A stretch of 49,186 nt of DNA, the filler included, from Basidiobolus ranarum (lineage: Eukaryota): NCBI GenBank assembly GCA_040143965.1. It is 2 parts of 2 records of this genome, joined end to end, with 100 filler letters (N's around TTAATTAATTAA, not from the genome) between each part and the next. Parts side by side here need not be neighbours in the genome. Positions count along the whole stretch, not along the records: positions 24,677 to 49,186 come from JASJQH010007026.1; 1 more part is not named here. The stretch is one strand, 5' to 3'. Below the pieces are notes generated by a model that was given only the letters and a program-made list of their open reading frames with translations, was not told the DNA's origin and searched no databases. The position numbers and the translations under genes are program-made. Below, piece by piece: positions 25,101-38,498 of this stretch (position 1 is the stretch's first letter; each line of letters opens with the position of its first letter).

Positions 25101-26560
25101 CTGAGAAGACGCTGATTTTAAGCTAATTTTACACCGATATCTCATTTATTCAAAAAAAATAAGTAGTACTCCTAGGAGCCAAGGCATTATATAGCTATCT
25201 ATCAATTAGCTCTGTATGTTAACTATCCTCAACTCTCAAATGTCACAACAATTTGGTATCCCAGTATAGAATCGCCACTACTTGTTAAGGCATCAACTAG
25301 CACCACTCATTCACTTTGAGATTGAACGTTTGCTACTATTAAGTTTCATTGCAACTCCGATGTTGTTCATAGGTGCATCAAATTCTCGAAATAGAAATGA
25401 GTGAAAGGATGATCACAAGAACATAAGGATATAGGTTACACAGTATGGGAGATAGCTTTAACACTACCTATTGCACAAACATAGTGGCAGGTATTGATTG
25501 GTGAAGCATGGTGGACGCAAAGCTATAGAGAAAGGGGGTTTCCAGTACACCAATACGTGTTGCAAGTAGCATAAACCTCACCACCTACAGCCATTGCTAT
25601 TGTCAAGCGTACACTGTAATACAATGTTTACGCAGTGCTCAAAGCTGCCTAGCATTTCTCGTGGTTCCACTTTTGGTAGATGACCAGAATATTGAACACA
25701 ATCAACTAGAGGCAGTGTCAAAATGATTGGATCTCTAATGTTGATCCAGCACCTTATAGAAGCTTCAGCCAGTTTGTGGTGAGAACAATTACGCGATATA
25801 ATATATTATCCTGGGATGATTATCGATCGGTTACGCTACCTGATCAATGACGATCCATATGAAACGTGGCTGCAAGTATGTTGCTGATTTCACACAACCA
25901 CCTCATGCTCAGAATTCCAGACATTTATTTACATGGCATGAATGACGAAAATAGGGGTTGTATTATCTGAAGAGCTTGCTCATCTACAGTTATTGATCCT
26001 CGCTTCGTCGATATTGGTAGCGATGTGATCTACCAGTTGCTGCAGCCTGGGGCTTTGGAAAAGCAATAGAATATTTGAACCATGTACGATGATATATTCC
26101 ACCAATTGAACGACTGCCTTCTCGACCTCATATTATTGGTGATTGGCACAGAAAGCCTCCTTGCCTAGTGGAATATTATATGGAATTAGCTAAGCTAGAC
26201 TTGGGGTCCGAAAACGATCAATAATTCGGTTATGGTAAGAAAATGACTAACCAGCACGTAGGCCCAAATTACCACTAAATCATGCTGGCGAATTTTTGTT
26301 GGATGAAGAGGCCAACTCCCCCAGTACGATGGAATAACGGATCGTATTACAAATTAAGATCAATTTTTGTATTTATGCAAAGCGTGTTTAATCTTGATAT
26401 TGTTTTTTTTTTCAAACTCTCTGTGGTTAAAGTAATGCACTTGATTGGTTACGTCAGGTGAAAATTGGGATCTTTTCTAGCTCTCGATTGTAGTATATAA
26501 GCCTTCGAAAGGTATCAAGTGGAATTATCTTTTTCTCCATACAAAGATAACTTTATAGTC

Positions 26561-27921
<1,361 letters not shown>

Positions 27922-28344
27922 ATTGATGCACTTATTAATTATACAGAAGCACTCTTTATTTCGCATGAATAAAACTACATCTTTGTCAGCATATCAATGG
28001 TATCCAAGTAAATCAATTGAAAATGGTTGGAATGTCGAACTTGGTGTTACTTCAGGTGGATGATTTAGATTTATCCCCCACCCCACAAAAGTGGTCGACA
28101 GTAATTTAAAATTTCGGGCATCAACGACCAATCATACTAATTACGTAAACCTTGTTCATTTGTTGAAAAGGCTCGATCAGATACAAATTATCTGTGCAAA
28201 ATATAGCGACCAAGTTTATATCCAAACCCTAATATGTATTGAAATGGAAGTCTTCTAGCTATAAGGCATGCAGGCTGTATTTGAAATCTTTTATATGAAT
28301 AGACTCAATGATATTGGATATGATGAAGGGGAAATTCGGTGCAT

Positions 28345-31300
28345 CTACTGTTGACCATTCTCGATGGTTGCACCAAGTTGAGCGATGTCTACGATAAAAC
28401 CAAGATTAATTCATCAATATTTGAATGAACACATTCATCTTAAAATAACTTACGTTCAGTCATTATATCAAGCTGCGTTTTATAATTTTGCTCAGTTGTT
28501 CGAAGTTCGTCCTATATATTAAATAAATAAATGGTCGAGAAGTAATATCAGTAAAGATCCTATTTTTAATCTAGGTAACTAAATCAATCACAAAGGAATG
28601 TTTCGCACCTGGGTTCTCGATATTTGTTGTCTGGCCTCACCAAGTTGCTCGACTAATGCTTTCTTTTCGGCTTGTGACTTCTCTAGCTTGAGGTCTAAAT
28701 TTTCACTTACTTTACGCATTCTCAGCACTTGACTATCCGCACATCGTGCCTATTGGATGAATACGAATTAATTACCAATACATAATCCAATGGATTGTCG
28801 AATTCAACTCACTCTCTCTAAAAGTTGTTGTAGTTGTTCCTCATAATGTCGCTTGATGAAGTCCTCTCTAGACATTTGATTTGGACTCTAAAATAGATAA
28901 GCGGCATCAGTACTTTGCACAACATAACCGTTGATTCACAAAAATTACCAGATGATCGGATGGAGGCAACGATGTCTGTAATGGCTCCTGATTTGATTCA
29001 CTTTCTGGTGTATTTTGCTTAACTTCGACCTAAATTTGCGTAAATAGCTATGTTAGGCCGTCGTGGGTACATAGTTAGAGAATTGTTGGGGATTAACTTG
29101 TTCGTTTGGAGACGGCGTAAGTACTGGCTCCTCGGTTACTGATTCATCTAGCTTACAACTATCTGATTCAACCCCTTTGACGGATAGTGGCCTAACTGGC
29201 TCGGATTCCTCTTTAATGGTTTCGTTTTTCTCGGGAGAGGTTTCAAGTGTTTGTGTAGAAGCCTCGATAGTAATCAGCTTGATATCATTTTCAGGCTCTA
29301 GTGTTTGTTCGAGGTTAGATTCGGGCTTAGAATCTTCAGCCACCTAAGAGGAATATGTTAAACAAATGCATTCGAATGATAATTTATTCAAGCTCATCAC
29401 CTCATGCATAGCAATGCTGGATTTAAGATTATTCACTTCCATTACGAATTGGTCGCTCTTCTCTTTTTGAGCAGTGAGCTCTTGCTGAAGTTGAGCGTAA
29501 TCCCGGTGTAGGTTCAGGTTGAAGCTAATAATTTGGGATGTCTGCTCTACAGTATGTTCCTCAGTATAAGTATTGTCGGTATTTGCGAAAGATATAAAGT
29601 GCTCAGAAACTTACTTTGAAGCATGGCTAATCTTGATGTGAGAATACAGTGATGAGATAAACATTCCTTCAATGAATCTTCAAATTCTTTGCCGATATTC
29701 ACTGACAACTCCTTTTCCTTGAGTGTTTGAATGTCGATGATTAAGTACTTGGATGAACGAGTTTTTGAAGTAAATGATGTTTACCTTTCCATTGACTTCG
29801 GTTTGTTCGAATCGAACCAGAGATATACTCTGAATAATCCCACTCAGTGGCTCTACATAAGGCAAATATAAGAGGAAGAACGACTCAAGGAATTCTATTA
29901 GAGATATATAGATTCCTGAAGTTACCTGAGTTTTCATTTAGAGATTTAAGAAGAGCATAGTGAGCATTTCCGACAGCCTTTTCTGGGGTTTGTTCAATTA
30001 TGTGAATGTATGCTGATGACGCAATGAGTTATTTAGTAAATGACTTCGAAGTGCCAATTGACGATAGATAGTGGCTTACCGTCAACACCAATTCGAATGG
30101 ATAAATATTTTCTAAGCAAGTTCTCTCGATCGTTTTCTATCGCATCCCAAGCTAAGATAAAAGTAGCAACATTAACAGTATTCTCATTACTCTAATGTGG
30201 TAATAAAAATTCAATACATTTGACGTGAAATTGCTTAGTAAATTCAGCAAAATCCTTGCTAATACGCTCCAAGGTAACCTTCTCAAATGTGTCATCCTGG
30301 TATTGCGATATGGTCGCTTCATTAAGGCTAATCATTCACAAGAATTAGGTTGGAACTATCTGAGGTTCAGCCTGAAGGCCAACTTACTTTTCGCAAGCAA
30401 CTTCCATCAACGTATCATAGATGGCTAAGACGGATTGGACAGCAGCAAGTATATTTGTGGGTGTATAGAAGATCTGAAACAATATTGAATATTTTTTACG
30501 AATTGTAAGAATCTCTAAATATGGAACTTACGTCCATTGACTCTCTCCAGCTCCGGTTGCTGACTGGAAGATGCTCATTGATCAGGTACTCCTCGAACGA
30601 GCAAGTTTCGAGTTGCTATGCAAGTATATGAAAGTGTCAAAGGTGGTTGAAGGCAGGGTGGGTTGAGAAGTTACAGTCACTCACGGGAAGCTTGTGATTG
30701 CTTCGAATATCTTCGAACTCTAAAGCTATTCGCAATGAATCCATTAGGCTATTCCATAGGCTTGAGCATTGATAAAATATTGCCTTGTTGCCAGACTATT
30801 GAACGTTTGGATGTTAGAATAAGCACTTTGGTTCCATCCAGATGGGGCTATAAAGGTACCTTATTGACATGTACAAACAACTGCTGATAAAGTTGATCAT
30901 ATCCACCAAGAGTGCCAATCAATTGTTTAACAACACCCACTTGTTCTGCTTGTATCTTCTCGCTCTCCAGAATGCCCTCTCTGATACTAACCAAGTTTTC
31001 GTCTGTCCTGAAAATTGCGCAGTATTGAGAATAAGAACACAACGCAAGTTAAGATGTAACATATACTTGTTTAGGTCCTCCTTGATCTTTTTGATCTCCA
31101 ATTCCGCGTCTTTTTTTTGTTTCTTATATGCTAATGTCGAATTTTCATTCATCATGTGGCATTTGTTCAGCTCCTCCTGTGAACCAAAAGATAGTAAATA
31201 CAAATTGACGTTCAACCATGTTTGATGCTTTGTATCCCTTACGTTCAATAGGTTCTTCTCTACCTCGAGCTCATCTACTTTTTTCTTGTAAAGATCCAAC

Positions 31301-32283
31301 TGTTCCGTGTATAAACTATGAATTTCATATACCTCCTTGTGTAGATTTTCTTTGAGAAGGATAATAGGTTAAGATCAATAGCGAAGTGATTATCTTGAAT
31401 AAAACCAATAAAAACCATTCTCTTCAATTTTTCCTTGAAGGTCAGCTATGGTTGCTTCTAAAGAGTTCCGGGAGATTTCCAACTCTTTTTTTGCTGAAGC
31501 ACGCATTAACCACTGACTGGATGATTTCTAACGTTTATAGAATAATATGGAATTTAACATGTGTTGAGGTGATAATATTGAACCGATAACGTACCGGTGT
31601 CCCCATCTTCTGTAAATCTTCTACACGCTTTGTAAGTGTCTGATTGTGAAAGCTTAGAGTGTCTAATTGTTGTATGATCTTGATATGAGTATATAAGATA
31701 AAAACATTGGTGAGTACCAAAGTAGCAGGAAAACATATGGCAGAATCTCTTACTCTACGAAGCTCCTGCTCTTTAGACTTGTTATCGACAGATAAGGTGA
31801 CATTTTGATCTTGTTCCTAAAATGCGTGGATAAGAAATTTAATGAGTATACAAAAAGCAAAATAAGACAAATAGACACTGGCTAAACTTGTCATAAGGTA
31901 AAGAAACATCGTTTTTTCTCAATATAACATAAAGATAATATGGCCACAACCAATAATCTAGTGAGGGAGTAGAACGAAAAGTAAAGTATAATATATTCAC
32001 CTTCAAGATGGCCTTTTTAAGTACTGAATGCTGTGCTTTTATTCTATATGATATTTTAAAACTCATCAGTGACATTGTTGCAAGAGGGAAATTGCAAATC
32101 ATTGACCAGAATAAAGCTCATCATCAAACCTTGAATATTCTTGAAATAATTTATGGTATCTCTCCGAGAGTTCCTCTGAAAAGGTTGTTAGTGTACAAGG
32201 AAATCTCACTATGTCACACAATTAAAGGGTCGCATACCTCCACCGGAAGTTACAGATTCGTTGACGGACAGGTTTCCTTCCAT
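28345..32283 (-). CDS. PPP1R21: PPP1R21/KLRAQ-domain coiled-coil protein (FERRY complex Fy-2 homolog), many short exons
   Basis: N-terminal spliced exons read ELSERYHKLFQEYSRIKAQHSVLKKAILKEQDQN...KEQELRRIIQQLDTLSFHNQTLTKRVEDLQ...DLQGKIEENENLH (KLRAQ domain). C-terminal exons read SREDFIKRHYE...ADSQ...ISRTQDELRTTEQNYKTQLDIMTEHIAQL (TTKRSYEDQ domain). Internal exons only partly resolved. Confidence 0.88.
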
Positions 32284-32854
32284 TCTAGTAATTTTAACTT
32301 ATTCTTAGCTTGAAAAGGTGAAATGAGGAGAGTGGGTGAGGGATAGGAGTGTAATTCACTTCAAGTCACTAATCCAGAAATATTATATGGATATACTTTG
32401 CCAACTTCTCCAGCGTAAACTTGTTCCTCAGAGAAATATATATGAAATAATGATTTTGATGTCAATACTAAAATCTTAAATTAGGATAGCTGCTCTTTAC
32501 GAAACTTGGTAAATCCCCCTAACTAATTGTCGAATACATCCTAAAATAAACTTCATCGAATCCCAAGTGGTGACGTCATGAGTGAATCTTACTCCAGGTA
32601 ATGCGTGAAATAGAGAGATCAGATATTTAAGTGCTGACTTTGATTCATATGTTCGGAAATCCTGGTGGTCCTTTCAAGACTGCAGAATGAATGTCGATAA
32701 TTCTTGACCTGTTAAAGATTAAGTTGAAGTCGAATCCTTTTTTCTTATTTATTGGGTGAGTAATATAAACGATGTGCTAAATGTATACATTATAACATGT
32801 AAGAGTTGGTTCGGTGAAAAAAAGGGAAAAGCAACAGAGGTGATTAGGAATTAT

Positions 32855-34143
32855 TTAACTGCGCTTAAGTTTGGCCAACATTAGGATTCTTAAAGTATAT
32901 TGGAAGAGGGATTCTTTGGCCATGAATAAGAAAGCCGCGGTTAGCACGCTTTGGACCAATTTATAGTATAGTCCCTTGTAAAGTCCAGATACTCCTTCGT
33001 GTCTCAGAACTTTCTTAAATCCATCCAAGACAGATTTGTATCTTTGATTTTCATCGTTAGATTGCTTCAATTGCATGCGTGACTTAATAACGATATATGG
33101 ATAGGTAAGGCTTGTAGCAATAAGTTTACTAAAAGCTCCAAGAAGGAAGAAATCAAAGTTTCCAAGAACCCCCTTGCGTTTAGCCAACCAGTGCTTGGCC
33201 TGTTCAAAGGCGGTATACTGGATCACTGGGTTCACAACCAGATAAAGGGCAGGGACAAGTCCTTGCCATAATGAGGTGATACCATCTTCTTTAATTATTT
33301 GACCCAGTGTTCCAATAGCGCCTTTTGAGTGAACCTCACCGTCGCTACCTGTGAAGGATTTCTTGGTGGTTAACCGAGTCTGTCAAATAATGCTTAGCAA
33401 ATGGCGTAATATATTATCTTCAAATAAAGAGAAGTACTCACATTTACCACCCAGATAGGGTTAGTGGTAATACAAGTAGCGGCACCTAGTGAAAGAAAAC
33501 CGCGTTAGTCAACCATACACAAGATACTGTTTCAAGTAACTTAATTCCTACCAGCAAGAGCGCCAGCAATCATACTCTGACCGGTAGTCAAAGCCTGACT
33601 TTTTGCTGTTTTTTCAAAGCTGGCCTTGGTCCACTCATAAAAGAAATAGTAAATGCCTGAAAAAGTACATAGTCAGTAACATATTACGACTCCAATGGGT
33701 TTAAAGAACTATCTGTACCATTTGTGACGGCGATACCAAAAAGAGCCGAATTCAATCCACTAAGTGTGATATTAAAAGTCAATTTAAGTCTGTGAGTCAC
33801 TTAGGGCTTAGAAACTTACGAGTAAAGCCCTGCAACACCTTCCTTCTTCATGATTTTTTCGAAGGCGTCTACACCATCCTATAGAGAAGGATAGTTAGGA
33901 TTATGATCGCTAAACTTCTGAGTAACTTCAATACTAAAGTAGTACCTTGTAAGAGTCTGGACTTGTAGTATCCTTCTGAACCTGAAGGCGCGAACTGATG
34001 CTGACCAAAGGATAAGTAAGTAGCATCGAAATAATACCACCACCGGCACCTATAAGCTAACGGTTACTACTAAACTCATAGAATCTCTGCCAAACGATAC
34101 CATTATACTGACCAGCTAAAGCGTGAACAACGTTGTCTGACAT
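32855..34143 (-). CDS. PMP47: Peroxisomal carrier of the SLC25A17/PMP34/PMP47 type, 7 exons
   Basis: MSDNVVHALAGAGGGIISMLLTYPL...EGVAGLYSGLNSALFGIAVTNGIYYFFYE...TNPIWVVNTR...LVVNPVIQYTAFEQ...TYPYIVIKSRMQ...KLVQSVLTAAFLFMAKE. Confidence 0.92.
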
Positions 34144-34903
34144 AGTTAAAGAAAGGTTCAAGGCTTAACAATAAGGTAATGTCACAGCAAATCTCATCTT
34201 AAATAGTGTAATAAAACACAGGTCACAATAGTCAGCATATTTCCCAGGAGCTTTCAGAAAACCACCCCCGCCCACAAATTATATCATGTGAGCCCCATTA
34301 CATGATTCAAGGAAATATATGCTTAGTAAAGAAAAATGTCAGTATTTGTGGGTTTATTGTGACTATGAAGGATTTAGTCATCATGCGCATCTACATAAAC
34401 ACCCCTCATTAATATCGAGTTTCGTGATGAAACGGACAACTATGGGCTTTCATGAGCAAATTGAGCTCTTGTGGCGAGTTCAGATCCGTTGTTGTAGATC
34501 ACAATAGCATGTGAAAACCAATGATGCCCAAGTCGACTCACTATGGGACTCATAGCAATAGAGGACGTTGGTAATCAGAAATCACTTTGTATCACTCCGA
34601 CATCATTGGACGGTCTCACTGCGAGTTCTTGGATGGAATCACATGTATTTCAGAATGTATGTGATTGAAGTGTGTGACGATGCTAAATACGAGTTGGATG
34701 ACCTTGTATCTGTAGTAATCCTGTATTAGTCATGATTGCAGGGTGAAGTTATGGAGATTTTGCATATGGGTACATGTGATGCTACTGTGAACAGAAACTT
34801 GGAATGTGTCAGTGATTGCTAGTAGCTAACTTTGAATGTGTGAATGGTACTAGTAGCTATAATAAAGGGCAATGCTAGTGGAGATGTTTATTGAGTGACT
34901 ATT

Positions 34904-36918
34904 TCACATAGTAAACAAGGTGTTCATATCCATAGGTCTGCCAGTGGACATTTGTGGAATTTGGGAGTATTTCCCTTTGAGAATGTCTCGCAGTTGCTTT
35001 AGCAGCTGGGTATATGTCAAGTTTGTGTTTTGGGTTAGCGCAGTGATGAGGGCGTGACTCATAGCACCTGTGGCTTGACTGTCAATAATAGCATCAGCTG
35101 ATGTCTATTAAGACTAGTTAATATTCGGTTCAGGAACGATTGTCACGTTAAACACTTACCTGATTATCACGACACCCGGAGAACTGAATAACATCTGCGT
35201 TGGATTTCTTTTCTTCTTCGGCCTTTTTCTGAGCCTCTTTGTTTGGCGGGGGTTTAAAGAGGAATGAAACTCCCTCTTTAACGAGTCCAAGAGCACCAGC
35301 CTTGTCACCTTTATCACGAAAGTAGAGGCAATTGCGTTAAAATGGTTTACTAATAAGATAGAAGACCTCACTAAATATTCCTAACCTCGACTATATGATA
35401 AACCGGCCTTTAAGAGTGACATTGCTGCTTCTTTACGACTATCCTGACAAATAACCTCTATCTCACCGTCACATTTGTAAGTGAAGGGGAGGTCCATGAC
35501 AGTACCACTATGACAACAGTCGAATACAGCTGTGAGACGCACTCCGGCTGGGAGATTTTTAACACAAATTGCGTGTATTTCCTATTAATATACTGATGTC
35601 AGTACGCATATATATACGGAGAATTCTAGCTCATGCAAAACTTTACATCGTCAACAATCACGCCAGCACGCTCATGATCAACAGGATAAATAGTCTCATC
35701 AAAACCGTCCACTTCATCGCCATCTTTTTGTTACAAAACCAATAGATTCGAATAAGATTAACGCGTGACAGTTTTTTTATCAAGTGTGAAACCTTACCTT
35801 CATCTTCAATAGAACCGCCATGACCTTGTGGTAATCAGAAAATTAATAAGAGAAAAAAGTAATATGCTTGACAAATTCTCACCAGAAAAGTGCAGGAATA
35901 AGGAATCTCCCATAGAGGCTCCTTCCACTAACCAGCGAAATCCTTGAATAATGTTTTGTCTCGTAGGTATTTTGCTAGGATCTTTTTGGTCATCAGTAAG
36001 GATAATACTCCCTTGCTCGCTGAAACCAAAGCGATTGAAAAGAAAATCTTTGACATTATGAACATCGTTAATACAGCCTCGTAACTCTGAACTAGTCCCA
36101 AAATAATTTATCCCAATGAATAAAGCCTTCTTTCGACCACTTTGTAAAAATGTTAGTATGTTATCTACTTGCACAAAAGAAGAGGAAAATTACCGGCAAT
36201 TGGAGACGGAGATGTTCTCGCCATGGACTTGGCCTTGGTAGGCACCACCTTGATTATTGCCTTGCACGAAGCTTGTATTAGCGGGAGCAATGGAGTGTCC
36301 TTGGCCATCGTTAGGAGCTTGTGGAGGATTCTGGTTAAATCCCTGGTCGTATTGGGGTGGTTGATTGCGCCCTTGGTTATACTGCTGTGGCTGATATTGG
36401 GAACCTTGGTTATACCCTTGCGGTTGGCTGTATTGCTGACCTTGATTGTAACCTTGGTGTTGGTTAAACTGCTGATCTTGGTTGTAACTTTGGGGTGGGT
36501 TGAACGGTTGGCCTTGGTTATAGTGTTGTGGCTGGTTAAACTGCTGACCTTGGTTATAACTTTGGGGCGGGTTGAATGGTTGGCCTTGGTTATATTGCTG
36601 GTCTTGGCCATACTGTTGTGGCTGGTTATACTGTTGGTTTTGAGTGTATGAAGACGGTTGGCCTTGATTGTATTGTGGTTGGTTGTATTGACTTTGATAG
36701 TTCTGTTGTTGGTCATTATGCTGCTGCTGATTGTACACTTGACCGGGATTATGTTGAGGCTGTTGATAATTATTATTGTTATATTGGTTATTGTATTGAG
36801 GTTCTTGTTGAGCCTCTGGTTTTTTGCCGCCAAGGAATTGCTGACTTTGTTGCTGAACAAACTGAGTAGCCTTCTCTTTCAATTTACCTTCCAACACAGA
36901 ACCGAATTTCCCAAACAT
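34904..36918 (-). CDS. MCA1: Type I metacaspase with long Q/N/Y-rich prodomain, 7 exons
   Basis: GRKKALFIGINY, LRGCINDV, FLHFSGHGG (catalytic His), DGDEVDGFDETIYP, LTAVFDCCHSGTVMDLP (catalytic Cys), FSGCRDNQTSADA, GAMSHAL, YSQIPQMS. Confidence 0.96.
36340..36700 (-). repeat. Coding hexapeptide tandem repeat [YF]NQxQx in the metacaspase prodomain
   Basis: YNQGQP FNPPQS YNQGQQ FNQPQH YNQGQP FNPPQS YNQDQQ FNQHQG YNQGQQ YSQPQG YNQGSQ; includes a 72-nt near-identical duplication. Confidence 0.9.
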
Positions 36919-38498
36919 TTTTCAAAGGAAGAAGGAGTTTGAAAAAAGAAGTATAGATGGTACTTTTTACCATCCGTGTATGCCCTGGTACGAGATCCTT
37001 TAACAAACATCCATTACGTCAACTATTGGATCAAATCACCAGTTGCCAATGAAATTCCAGTAGTGGATGTCAAATGAACCAAACAGGTGTCATCTATTAT
37101 CATGGCAACCAAATTGAACACGATCGGTTGTAATGTGGCACCAGACATTGGCAAAGGGAAACATTAGCAACAGATAGCAATCTTGATTATTCAAGTTGTA
37201 GTTGCAACTGGAAGAATATTGAATATCGGTTGGACATTGGAGGGACTCCTTGCTGATGAGCACTCAGTTTGGTGCTTTCTAACTCGCGCAAATTTAAGCT
37301 ATAGTACTGATTAGATGGAGTTGTACATGCATGATATATATGGAAACTAAAGTATTTGATCTTGCACTGATAATCAAGGGTTTGAGAAAGCAACCCAAAC
37401 TCGGGATAGATCTTGAGAAACTCGGTCCAGACCCACAAAGACTTTCTATGCTCATTGCTTGCGAAGGTTACCTACATATTTAACAATTGGGGCTGAGGCT
37501 TTGTCCTCTGAATTCTGATCCGCCACCTGAAACATAGTCATGAGGATATTGAGCCAAAGGATGTAGATCCAGCACTCTTGTTTTATCTATTTAATCACAA
37601 TCCCCTTTTATGGAGGGCGTTTGGAATTCACTTGGAGTGAGTTTGAAATCAAGCTCCGGACGTGCCCTTTTTCCATAAGAACAATCCAGAAAAGTATGCA
37701 GGCTGCCATAGGCGTGTATCATTATGGTAATAGGGACTGGCATTGTAGCTAAAAGTAACCGGGAGTGACAAATAAGTTTAAAGGTGAGGGCTGTAATTCA
37801 GGTCGGGAGTAGCAAGACCAAATATGAAGCTATGCAACACCAATTTAGCCATGATTGGATAAGTATGCTAAATGAGCAGTGGGAGCCTTAATTTCACGGT
37901 TTCATTAGCTCACCTGTATCGCATTCTTACGCTTATGTGAGGAGGCTTTACATAATTTAGGTACTAATGGGTTCAGAATAGATCACATTCAGGTTAGCTA
38001 CTTTTTAGTAAACCAATTAGGGCTCCAATCCGCTTTACTTGGAGATACATTGCATTGCTAACAAACAAGTTTCTTACAACTTCTCTTTATTGTCAGGCAA
38101 ATTGTGTTCCATCGATCGCACATAATAACATTATACGCTATTCAGCGAGCTTGGTTTCCGATAGGTTGGATGGATTACATGAGGATGATCAACTATACAA
38201 AGAGAGCCGCAGACACAACTCTCAATATCATTCGTATCTAAACACCAAGTCATTTATTGACTGGCTCGTTTTTAGTTTGAATGGGGCTCGGCTAAGATGA
38301 TGATAGGATGAACAGGATAGTAAAAAATGAGGTTAAGTATGAATTACTATGAATTACCTTGGAGAGAATAATGAAGTAGGGAACTTACAGAATAATTCAT
38401 TAGAAAAGGGTCTGGGAATATTAACAGGGATAAATAGTTCAATTTGGTGGCGTTAGGAACAGATGTGTACGGATTGTAAATGAGCTGAAAGGGTGGTT

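Noticed and set aside
36165-36942. Long overlapping alternative-frame and antisense ORFs over the metacaspase prodomain
   Set aside because: By-products of low-complexity CAA/AAC repeats that lack stop codons in other frames.
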